Origin: Bryobacterales bacterium
GTDB taxonomy: Bacteria > Acidobacteriota > Terriglobia > Bryobacterales > Bryobacteraceae
NCBI GenBank assembly: GCA_963799105.1
Contig: CAWCVR010000001.1
Span: forward strand, 1,032 to 65,031
Direction of reading: 5' to 3'
Length of the DNA: 64,000 bases
Shown here: positions 55,416-63,917 of the stretch, in pieces
Layout: each line of letters begins with the position of its first letter
How positions within the stretch are numbered: position 1 is the stretch's first letter
Notes under the pieces: generated by a model
Seen by the model: only the letters and a program-made list of their open reading frames with translations
Databases searched by the model: none
Told to the model about the DNA's origin: nothing
Position numbers and translations under genes: made by a program

Positions 55416-56356
55416 GCGGCCTTCCTATCCTCGGCCTCGATGAGGGCGACGAACACGTCCTCCATCGAAGGCGCGATTTCCTCCAGGCGGGTCACGCGAA
55501 CCCCCTTGGCTTCGAGCGCGGCACGGAGCGCGCCGGCCCGCGCGGTGTTGTCCACTGTGACATGCAGGCCGCTGCCGAAGACCGCCACGTCGAACACGCC
55601 TACCGTGCCTTCGATGGCGCGCATGGCTTCCAGCGGGTCCGACGATTCGAGGCGCAGAAGCTGGTGCTCCGTCAACCCTTTCTTCAGCTCGGCGGGCGCG
55701 CCGAGAGCGATCACCTTGCCGCGGTACATGAGCGCCAGGCGATGGCAATACTCGGCCTCGTCCATGTAGTGCGTGCTGACAAAGATGGTGTGGCCGGTGC
55801 GCGAAAGGTCTTGGATCAGGGCCCAGAAGGACGCGCGCGCGATGGGGTCCACACCCGAGGTCGGCTCGTCCAGGAACAGGACGGGCGGGTCGTGGAGAAT
55901 GGCGCATCCCAGCGCCAGCCGCTGTTTCCAGCCGCCCGACAGGGTGCGCGTGAGGGCGGAGCGCCGCTCGGCGATGCCCGCCATTTCAAGCACGTAGTCC
56001 TTGCGCGCGGCCCGCTGCGCGCGCGGCACGCCGTAGATCCCGCTAAAGAAGTCGATGTTCTCTTCCACCGTGAGATCGTCGTAGAGCGAGAACTTCTGCG
56101 ACATGTAGCCGATGTTGCGGCGCACTTCCTCGGGCTGCGTGGCCACGTCCAGGCCGTGCACCGAGGCGCGGCCAGCGGTGGGCGTGAGCAGGCCGCACAG
56201 CATGCGAATGACGGTGGATTTCCCGGCGCCGTTCGGCCCCAGGAAGCCGAAGATCTCGCCCTTTGAGACGCGCAGCGACACGTGGTCCACGGCTACGAAT
56301 GCGCCGAAGGTTTTCACCAGCCCGTCGATTTCGACCGCATATTCCGGGGGCATCAT
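55412..56356 (-). CDS. ABC transporter ATP-binding protein
   Basis: 314 aa. Walker A is 'GPNGAGKST', the signature is 'LSGGWKQRL' and Walker B is 'LFLDEPTSG'. Confidence 0.9.
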   Translation of the reverse strand: MMPPEYAVEIDGLVKTFGAFVAVDHVSLRVSKGEIFGFLGPNGAGKSTVIRMLCGLLTPTAGRASVHGLDVATQPEEVRRNIGYMSQKFSLYDDLTVEENIDFFSGIYGVPRAQRAARKDYVLEMAGIAERRSALTRTLSGGWKQRLALGCAILHDPPVLFLDEPTSGVDPIARASFWALIQDLSRTGHTIFVSTHYMDEAEYCHRLALMYRGKVIALGAPAELKKGLTEHQLLRLESSDPLEAMRAIEGTVGVFDVAVFGSGLHVTVDNTARAGALRAALEAKGVRVTRLEEIAPSMEDVFVALIEAEDRKAA

Positions 56357-56366
56357 TCACCCTCCC

Positions 56367-56491
56367 TGTGGGGCGGACCCCCTGGTCCGCGGCCGGCCCC
56401 CTGGCCGGCCATTCGCCAATTGCGGGCGCTTGACTCCGCGGCGAAGAGCGGGACGAGGGCGTCCCGCGCGGACCAGGGGGTCCGCCCTACA
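56367..56491. repeat. Palindromic intergenic element (MITE/REP-like) with 25-bp terminal inverted repeats
   Basis: TGTGGGGCGGACCCCCTGGTCCGCG (56367-56391) pairs with CGCGGACCAGGGGGTCCGCCCTACA (56467-56491) at 24/25 positions. An internal hairpin is GCGGGAC-gagggc-GTCCCGC. Confidence 0.7.
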
Positions 56492-56714
56492 AATCCCGAG
56501 GAGATCCCGATGCAGGCAGAAGTCCGCGGCGCACGGCGGCGCAGCCGCAAACAAGCCAGGCTGCGGTGCTCCGGTTTCGGGGGCCGGTTAGTTTTGCGGG
56601 CAGGCGAGCTTCGCTCGCCGGGCGGGTTGACAACCCGCCGCAGGCTGCCAGCCTGCCCCACATAAGACCGTAGCGGCGCGCGAAGAATTTGACGGGTAGT
56701 AGTACATAAGATCC

Positions 56715-57512
56715 TCATGCGGCGGCCTCCGCTTCCCTGATCCGTTGGATGAACGCGGCTTCCAGCGTGGCCGATCCGCTCTCCCGCTTGATCGCCTCGG
56801 GAGGGGCGCAGCGAATCAGCTTCCCCCGGTGCATCAGGCCCACGCGGTTGCAGCGTTCCGCCTCGTCCAGGTAAGCCGTGGTCATGAAGATGGTGATGCC
56901 GTCCTTCAGAAGCTGGTAGAGGATGGCCCAGAACTGCCGCCGCGACACCGGGTCCACGCCGTTGGTCGGTTCGTCCAGAAACAGAATCCGCGGGCGGTGA
57001 AGCAGGGTACACATCAGCGCCAGCTTCTGTTTCATGCCGCCCGAAAGCCGGCCGGCCTGGCGCCCGCGGAACTCCTCCATGCGCGTCATCGCGAGCAGTT
57101 CCACGGTGAGACGCTGGCGTTCCGCGCCGGTGATGCCGAACAGGTCGGCGTAGAAATCCATGTTTTCCTGGACCGTCAGGTCGCCGTACAGGCCGAACCG
57201 CTGCGCCATGTAACCGATCTGATCCTTGACGGCCCGCGACTCGCGCGCCACGTCGTGCCCCGCCACCCGCGCCGAGCCTTCGCTCGGGTCCATCAGGCCG
57301 CACAGCATGCGCAGCGTGGTGGTCTTGCCCGCGCCGTCCGGCCCCACGAGGCCGAAGATCTCGCCGGTGGGGATGCTGAGGTTCAGGCGGTCGACGGCGG
57401 TGATGGCTCCGAAACGGCGCGTCAGGTCGTGCGTTTCGATGATGGGCCGCTCGGGCCGCTCGACCCAGAGGGTACCCCCGGTCGCGGTTCCGTGAGTGGG
57501 CGCTTCCGTCAT
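56715..57512 (-). CDS. ABC transporter ATP-binding protein
   Basis: 265 aa. Walker A is 'GPDGAGKTT', the signature is 'LSGGMKQKL' and Walker B is 'LFLDEPTNG'. Confidence 0.9.
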   Translation of the reverse strand: MTEAPTHGTATGGTLWVERPERPIIETHDLTRRFGAITAVDRLNLSIPTGEIFGLVGPDGAGKTTTLRMLCGLMDPSEGSARVAGHDVARESRAVKDQIGYMAQRFGLYGDLTVQENMDFYADLFGITGAERQRLTVELLAMTRMEEFRGRQAGRLSGGMKQKLALMCTLLHRPRILFLDEPTNGVDPVSRRQFWAILYQLLKDGITIFMTTAYLDEAERCNRVGLMHRGKLIRCAPPEAIKRESGSATLEAAFIQRIREAEAAA

Positions 57513-58678
57513 TCCAGCACGATCTCCGCGTCCGCCGGCATGTTGGCCTTCAGCTCGCCTTTCGGATTATCCAGGTCGATCTTGATGCGGTAGACCAGCT
57601 TCACGCGCTCCTGCTGGGTCTGGATCTGCTTGGGCGTGAACTCGGCTTCGTCGGCGATGAAGCCCACCCGTCCCCAATAGACTTTGTCCGGCGAATCGGT
57701 GGTTACGCGCGCTTTGGCGCCGATCTTGACCCTGGGTTTGTCGGTCTCGTTGATGTAGCCGCGCAGCCATGGGTGGGCCATGTCGCCCACCGTCAGCACG
57801 CTGGTTCCCGGCGCCAGAATTTCTCCCACCTCGGCGGCTTTCACCAGCACCACGCCGTCCAGCGGACACACCGCGATGGTGTCGGCCAGTTGGGTATCGA
57901 TCATTTCCAGGCTAGCCCGGGCGCGCTCCACTTCCGCTCGCCGCGTGGTGAGTTCCTGCTCGCGCCGCTTCATTTCGATGCTGTTGGCCTCGGCCATTTT
58001 GAGCGCGCCGCGAGCGTGTTCCAACTGTCCCTGCTGCGCCTGGATCACCTCGGCGCGCGGCCCCGCGTCCACCAGGGCCTGCTTCTCCCTGGCCGACCGC
58101 AGCGCGGCCGCGGCGCTTTCCCAGCGCATGCGGTATTGGTCGTATTGCGCCTTGGAAATGTCGTCGTCCCGGAAGAGCGGCTGCGCGCGGTCCCAGTCCG
58201 CCTTGGACCGCTGCGCCTCGCTGTCGGCCGCATCCACCGCGGCTTTGGCGTCCAGCTTCTCCTGCGGCCGCGAGCCGTTTTTCAATTCCGCCAGGCGGGC
58301 TTCGCTGGACGCCAGATCGGCGGTGCGCTGCTGGATATCCGCCGCCAGCGTGGCTTTTTCCCATGCCAGCGCGGATTCCGCCTGCGCCAGTTGGGACTGC
58401 GCCGATTCCAAACCGGCCTGCTGCATCTCCTTCTGCGCCAGGAGCTGATCTCGGTCGAGCCGCGCGATCACCATGCCCCGCTTCACCGCGTCGCCTTCGT
58501 CGGCATTCCGTTCGATCAGGCGGCCGGAAGTCTTGAAGGCGATGTTCACCTCCGTCAGCTCGATGTTTCCCGAGATCATGATCCGGTTGTCTGGCTGACG
58601 ATTCATGCCTCGAAACGCGTAGACTCCCGCGCCCGCCAGGGCCAATACGATGACGATGATGACGATTCGCTTTTTCAT
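57509..58678 (-). CDS. HlyD-family membrane fusion (periplasmic adaptor) protein
   Basis: The start is taken at MKKRIVIIVIVLALAGAG (ATG 58678). It has a long coiled-coil region and a C-terminal beta-barrel region 'VYRIKIDLDNP'. Confidence 0.85.
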   Translation of the reverse strand: MKKRIVIIVIVLALAGAGVYAFRGMNRQPDNRIMISGNIELTEVNIAFKTSGRLIERNADEGDAVKRGMVIARLDRDQLLAQKEMQQAGLESAQSQLAQAESALAWEKATLAADIQQRTADLASSEARLAELKNGSRPQEKLDAKAAVDAADSEAQRSKADWDRAQPLFRDDDISKAQYDQYRMRWESAAAALRSAREKQALVDAGPRAEVIQAQQGQLEHARGALKMAEANSIEMKRREQELTTRRAEVERARASLEMIDTQLADTIAVCPLDGVVLVKAAEVGEILAPGTSVLTVGDMAHPWLRGYINETDKPRVKIGAKARVTTDSPDKVYWGRVGFIADEAEFTPKQIQTQQERVKLVYRIKIDLDNPKGELKANMPADAEIVLE

Positions 58679-58679
58679 G

Positions 58680-60033
58680 CTATTGCACCGTGCTCCTGAC
58701 CTTGCCCATGGCCTGCGCCAGGTCGATGCGCGCCACATTGAACAGGTATAAGGCCGCGGTCCGATTGTCGCGCGCCCGTTCCAGCCGCGTCTGCGCGTCG
58801 GTCACTTCGATACTGTTAGTCACGCCCGCCTCGTACCGGCGGCGCGCCTGGGCCAACTCGTTCCCCGCTAGGTCGAGGCCCTCCTTGGCCACCCCCACCT
58901 GGTCGCCGGCCGATTTCAGGGCGTCCAACGCCAGCCGCACGTCCAGCGAGATCTGCGCCTTCAAATCGTTGGTGCGAACCTGCTCGGCGCGGTACTGCGA
59001 GAAGGATTCCTCGCGCCGCGAGTCGAACGCGTCCGCCGTCGAAAATCGGCACGCGAACCGAAATGCCATACGTGCGCGTGGGCAAGGCGTTTTCGAGGCC
59101 AGACCCGCTGGAACCATAGTCTCCGAACGCCGCCACGGTTGGCAGCCGTTCCATCTTCGTGGCGCTGGCCGAATAGCGCGCCGTCCGCTCGCGCTCCTGC
59201 TGGGCCTCGAAATCCGGCCGGCTTTTCAACGCCTCTGCCTGGGCCTGATCCACGGTGACGGCGTCCGCCGGCGTGTAGGCCAGTTTGTCGGTCAACTGCA
59301 CTTCCAGGTCGAGCCGCATGTTCATGGCCCGCAGCAGGCGCAGGTAGGCGGCGCGGCGTGCGTTTCCGGCTTCCAACTGGTGCTGACGGTCGTTGGCCAG
59401 TTGCACCTTGGCGCGGGTGATCTCGATGCCCGTGCCGGTGCCGGCGGCCTTCTGGTTTTCGGCCAGTTGCAACACCGCCTCCGAGAGCGTCACATTGGCC
59501 TCGGCGGCTTCCACGTCGGCGTCGGCCTTGACCGCGGCCAGGTAGGCGCGCGCCACCATGCCGGCCACTTGCTCGCCGGCGGTCTCCGCGTCGCCGCGCG
59601 TCGCCGCCACCCCGGTCTTCGCGGCCTGGTAGCGGCGGATGGCGCTCAGGTCGAGCACGCTCTCCGAGCCCGACAGCCGGGCATCCATGACCGTGAACGG
59701 ACCCACAAACTGCGGGAAGTGGAAACCCGGAATGGGTATGTCGAGCTTGTTGAGCCCCTGCGCCGCCAGATCCGCCGTGCGGCTCTGGTAGGCGAGGGCG
59801 CCACTCACGTTGGGCAGCAGCGCCGAGCGCGCCTGGATGGACCGCTCCCGCGCCTGCCGCAAGGCCTCGCCCGCCAGCTTGATGCTGGCGTTTCCGTCGG
59901 GCGCGAGGGCCACCTCGACGGCGCGTTTCATGCTGAGCGGAACCGGCCCCGTCCCCGCCGCCTGGTCCGCCGCGGCGCTATCCGCCGCAGCCAGCGGCGC
60001 GACCGTCAAGAGAATTGCCAACGCCAGTCTCAT
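58680..60033 (-). pseudogene. TolC-family outer membrane efflux protein with one +1 frame break
   Basis: The signal peptide is 'MRLALAILLTVAPLAAA'. The frame joins at ~59040 (..GISVRVPIFDGG / ..ADAFDSRREESFSQYRAEQVRTNDLKAQI..). It ends ..AQAMGKVRSTVQ*. Confidence 0.75.
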
Positions 60034-60672
60034 CTACCTGTCCTCGCTCCTTGCTTCGATGGTTTCGGGGGCGGTTTGGGGCGCCCGGAAACCGGCGCTT
60101 AAGAAGGTCACCAGCAGCCCCATCCGCGTCCGGAAATCGCTTCCGGCACCGCCCAAGCTGGGGAAAAGGCGGGCGCCGCACATGGTATGCGCCATGGCCC
60201 CCGACATGAAGTGCATCCGCCAGGCGAACTCCTCATCCGTCAGGTTTGGAACCGCCCGCCGCAGCGCCCCCATAAGCCGAGCGGCAACCTGCTGAAAGTG
60301 CCGCGCCAGGATGGTTGGCATCAACCCTTCCGCCAGCATGCGGCCCATGAACGGCACAAACGCCGGGGTGCGGTCGGCGACTTCCGCCATGGGCATCAGG
60401 AAAGACTCCAGAACGGTGTTTACGGGCGGCGCGCCGGGCGCGGCTTCCCGCTCGATCCTGTCGAGCCACGCCAGGCGCCGCTCGTTGACCGGTTTGGCTT
60501 TGCGCTGAATGATCTCGTCCAGCAGCTCTTCCTTGGACCCGAAATGGTAGTGAATCGCGGCCAGGTTGACGCCCGCCTCGGCGATGATGTGGCGGAGCGA
60601 CGTGGCGGCGTATCCCTGTTCGGCGATGAGCCGTTCGGCGGTGTCGAGGATCTTCTGCTTCGTGTCAGTCAT
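60034..60672 (-). CDS. TetR/AcrR-family transcriptional regulator
   Basis: The HTH is 'TSLRHIIAEAGVNLAAIHYHFGSKEEL'. ATG is at 60672; the track uses the TTG at 60681. The stop abuts the TolC start. Confidence 0.85.
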   Translation of the reverse strand: MTDTKQKILDTAERLIAEQGYAATSLRHIIAEAGVNLAAIHYHFGSKEELLDEIIQRKAKPVNERRLAWLDRIEREAAPGAPPVNTVLESFLMPMAEVADRTPAFVPFMGRMLAEGLMPTILARHFQQVAARLMGALRRAVPNLTDEEFAWRMHFMSGAMAHTMCGARLFPSLGGAGSDFRTRMGLLVTFLSAGFRAPQTAPETIEARSEDR

Positions 60673-60693
60673 CCGATTCAAGCGAATGATTCA

Positions 60694-60721
60694 ATTATAC
60701 GCATGAATGACGCTGTGTCAA
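60694..60721 (-). promoter_or_regulatory. Near-consensus sigma70 promoter of the TetR-efflux operon
   Basis: The minus strand reads TTGACA (60721-60716), a 16-nt spacer, then TATAAT (60699-60694). The -10 element is 21 nt upstream of the tetR ATG. A short palindrome GAATcATTC lies just downstream of the -10 and could be an operator. Confidence 0.55.
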
Positions 60722-61196
60722 GAGCCGGGTGAGGGGCGGAGTTCCAGCCCCGGAAACGGGTTCGTTTGGAAGTTCCATAAGTGGCTTCATTGCTTATGGT
60801 TGGAGGGGACAAATGGGTTCGTTCGGTATTTTTTTGGGCACGGGTTCGAGGAGGGCGTGGTGGCATAAGTTCTTCCAACTCGAGCTATAGCACGGGGGTG
60901 GATGGAGTCTGAAACCGATTTCGTGTAGGTAACTGAGGGAGAAGGAGTTATTTTTGGAAAACCGGGGTGACTGAAAGAGGTTTACTCGGTTTCGCGGCGC
61001 CGGAAAGCCGAAGTGCGAGATGGTGCTGAACGCCGCCGAATCGAGTAAGCCCCTTTCAGTCACGCGGATCAACGAGCTGAAAGTCGAGGACTGGACGAGG
61101 CGATGACCGGTGCGGGCTGCACTCAGGCGCCCGGAGAGCTTCGTTCGAGCCACCGGCCCGCCCGACCCTCTACAATGGATGTAAAGACGAGGCAGG

Positions 61197-61412
61197 ATGA
61201 ACGGCCAGACAACAGAACCGGCGGATTTCGCGGCCCTATACCGCCGGGCGTTCACGGAATTCGGAACGCAGGCTCTCTGGAACAAGCGCCTGCTGGAGGA
61301 ACCGGCGCCGGAGGATGCTCTGGTGGTGGCGCGGGCCTTGCGCATCGAGGGCGACCGCGAAGCCCGGCGTCTGGCGGAGCGGATCGAGCAGGCCTGCCGT
61401 GCCGCTGTCTAA
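61197..61412 (+). CDS. Small hypothetical protein (71 aa), possible partner of the downstream nucleotidyltransferase
   Basis: ATG follows GAGG. The composition is ordinary (..ALWNKRLLEEPAPEDALVVARALRIEGDREARRLAERIEQA..). Its 3' end overlaps the next gene's GTG by 14 nt. Confidence 0.5.
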   Translation: MNGQTTEPADFAALYRRAFTEFGTQALWNKRLLEEPAPEDALVVARALRIEGDREARRLAERIEQACRAAV

Positions 61413-62211
61413 GATTCAGATCGAAGTTCTCCGGCTGCTGGCCTCGCACCGCGACCCGGAAAGCTATGTGGCGGATGCCACAGCCTGAAACGGGGACCCG
61501 CCGCGGTATTCCGGCGATATTGACGTTTTCCATGATCGCGAGGAGCGTGTTGTGTCTGCTGCTTTAGACGATGCGCAGGCGCTCGAAGCGGCTGGTTACG
61601 GCGTCAGGTGGTTGCGGCAACTGCCCCTCATTTGCGCAGCCGAAGTTGCGCGGCAGGGCGCCGGCACGCGCCTCGAATGGGTGGCTGACAGCGACTTCCG
61701 CTTCTTCCCGACGATGAGGGAAGAGACTTTCGGCTATGTTCTTCACCCGGCCGACCTCGCCATGAACAAGGCGATGGCTGCTGCGGGGCGGCGTGAGGTA
61801 CGCGACCTGGTTGACTTGGTGACGATTCACACCGCCATTCTTCCGCTGGGGGCCGTGATCTGGGCCGCCGTGGAAAAGTCGCCCGGCTTCACGCCCGAGG
61901 GACTGATCGCTGAGATCCGCCGGAACGCCCACTATCCCGCCGCCGAATGGCGGGCGCTTGTAACCATTGAGCCGCTCGACCCTCAAGTAATTACGGCGCA
62001 ACTGCGCGGCGCCCTGGACGAAGCGGAGGCTTTCGTCAGCCGTATGCCGACTGACAAGATGGGGCTGCTGTTTCTGAAGGACGGTCAGGTAGTGCAGCCC
62101 GATCCGGGCCGGTTGCAGGAGTACCAGACCCACGCGGGGCAAAGGCGCGGCCAATGGCCGGCCAGCGCCGAGATCAGTGCGGCTATGTTGGAGCGGTACA
62201 AGAAGCCGTAA
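61399..62211 (+). pseudogene. AbiEii/AbiGii-like nucleotidyltransferase with an in-frame TGA
   Basis: From GTG 61399 the frame reads (V)PLSKIQIEVLRLLASHRDPESYVADATA-TGA(61486-61488)-NGDPPRYSGDIDVFHDREERVVSAALDD... It continues in the same frame to 62211. 'SGDIDVFHD' fits the NTase GS..DxD motif. Confidence 0.55.
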
Positions 62212-62726
62212 AGCTTGTAAGTTCGGCCTAAAAGGAGACTCTTGCTCCAGGCCCTGACCAGCCCGGCGTATCCTGAAAGAGGAAACCACGGCTACGGAGA
62301 CTCGCGGCCGGTCACAGAGCCCCGAAGAAGGGCGAGAAAGGAGTGACCATTGCCACCAGACGACGGTTTCACCGCACACGACTACGTGGTAGTGAGCGCG
62401 CCGCGGCTTAGACGGCTTCTCCCGATCGCTCAGCACCAACGCCGAGATCCAAAGCAGAGAGGATTGGCCGGGAACTCCAAAAGGGGACTGGAGCCGCTGG
62501 GTGAGAGGGGAGTAGGGGACGATCTCAGGAACACCTGGCCGGCGGCGGGGGCAAAGCTGTGGCGCCGCGCCCTGCCGCCGAGATGCTTCCGGGCTTAACG
62601 AGCGCTCGCGGCGCTGCCGCGCATCTTCCGCTCAGGTTTCCACGAGAGCAACGCCTGATTCCAGCGCCGCTTTCCGCAGATCGCGGTCGAAAGTGGCGAG
62701 GGGCGCTTGCAAGCATCGCACCGTGG

Positions 62727-63917
62727 CTAACCGAGCCAGCGCAATGCAAAGCCGGTGAGGTCTTTCGCGGCGGCTGGGGAGCGCGGAAGATCCTTGCCGC
62801 CCGCGCCCAGTGCCAGGACGCGATTCGAGTCGCACGCCGCCAGGAGCGTGAGCGTGTGGCCGGGATAGCAGGCCACCCGCTGGGCTGCCAGATAGACGTA
62901 GCGGGCAAGCAGCAGCGCGTCCGTCAGCGATCCCGCGGGGTCTTCCTGATTGGCCACCGGGTTGGCGCGGTTCTGATCCTCGAAGAGCACCAGGCTGCTG
63001 AACGGCTTGAGCTTCTGGCGCAGGCCGAAGGAGGCGATCAGCGCCTGCGGCTGCGCGCGCCGCAGCGCCTCCGACGCACCCCACTCGACGAACGAATTCG
63101 GGAACACCAGCGACCCGTTGCCGCTCAGCAGAAGGCCGCGGAGAAACTCCCGCACGCGCGCATTCGAGGCCAGCGCCTGAGGCATCAGGCGGCCGATGTC
63201 GGCGCGTCTCAGCTCCTCGCTCGTCTGGTCCACCGAACGGAGGTCTCTCTGCACCGCGTTGAGGCGGCGCAGAAATTCGCGCCGCAGGGCGTCGAGATCC
63301 GCCCACGACAGCACCGGCACGCCGGGGAGAGCGGAGAACCGGGATTCGCACTCGAAAACCCAGGTGCGCTCGTCCGGGTCCAACTCGGGCAGGCAGACCC
63401 GTTTTGCGATGGCGGCGGCGAACGCCCATAGAATCTCGCCGAACGGCCGGTCGAGCGAGAGCCATGCGCCCTCGGCGGCCAGGTCCGGCCAGAGCGGCTG
63501 CTCCTGCAAAGGGATACCCGCAGGCAGTACGCAGACCACCAGGCGCGGCAGACTCCGCAGCCCGGCGGGCGCGACCGCTCGCTCATCGATACGGCTGAAG
63601 ACTCTCTCCACTTCCGCGCGCCATCGCGGATAGAGCGGAGAACGCGCCAGAATGCCCGCGTCCCGGACACTCAGTCCCGCCGCGCTCGAATCCAGGCGCG
63701 GCAGAGCCATGCGTTTCTCGATGTCCAGCAGGGGACCGAAGAGCCCATCAAACTCCTTCGGCGGCAGCCCCGAGAGCCAGTCCAGTTGCGCTTGAAGCTG
63801 CCGGCGCTCGGCGCGAAACAGGAGATTCCATTGCGCGAACTGATCGCGCAGCGCCGGACCAAACGTGGCCGGCAGGCGCCGGATCAGATCCACCGGGACC
63901 GGCGGCTGTTCAGGCAT
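62727..63917 (-). CDS. Conserved-looking hypothetical protein (396 aa)
   Basis: This is a long ORF with normal composition. Its start overlaps the stop of the upstream gene by 8 nt. I recognise no motif. Confidence 0.6.
   Translation of the reverse strand: MPEQPPVPVDLIRRLPATFGPALRDQFAQWNLLFRAERRQLQAQLDWLSGLPPKEFDGLFGPLLDIEKRMALPRLDSSAAGLSVRDAGILARSPLYPRWRAEVERVFSRIDERAVAPAGLRSLPRLVVCVLPAGIPLQEQPLWPDLAAEGAWLSLDRPFGEILWAFAAAIAKRVCLPELDPDERTWVFECESRFSALPGVPVLSWADLDALRREFLRRLNAVQRDLRSVDQTSEELRRADIGRLMPQALASNARVREFLRGLLLSGNGSLVFPNSFVEWGASEALRRAQPQALIASFGLRQKLKPFSSLVLFEDQNRANPVANQEDPAGSLTDALLLARYVYLAAQRVACYPGHTLTLLAACDSNRVLALGAGGKDLPRSPAAAKDLTGFALRWLG

Noticed and set aside
52872-55769. A 965-aa plus-strand ORF lies antisense to the ABC-2 permease genes.
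   Set aside because: Its His/Arg/Gln/Gly-rich composition looks like nonsense. The opposite strand encodes two clear multi-span permeases and an ATPase with canonical motifs.
62632-62740. A minus-strand frame ends ..LATVRCLQAPLATFDRDLRKAALESGVALVET*, which resembles the C-terminus of VapC/PIN toxins.
   Set aside because: Only about 35 residues are plausible. The rest of the 277-aa track ORF is Arg/Gly/Pro noise that overlaps the 396-aa gene. At best it is a relic.
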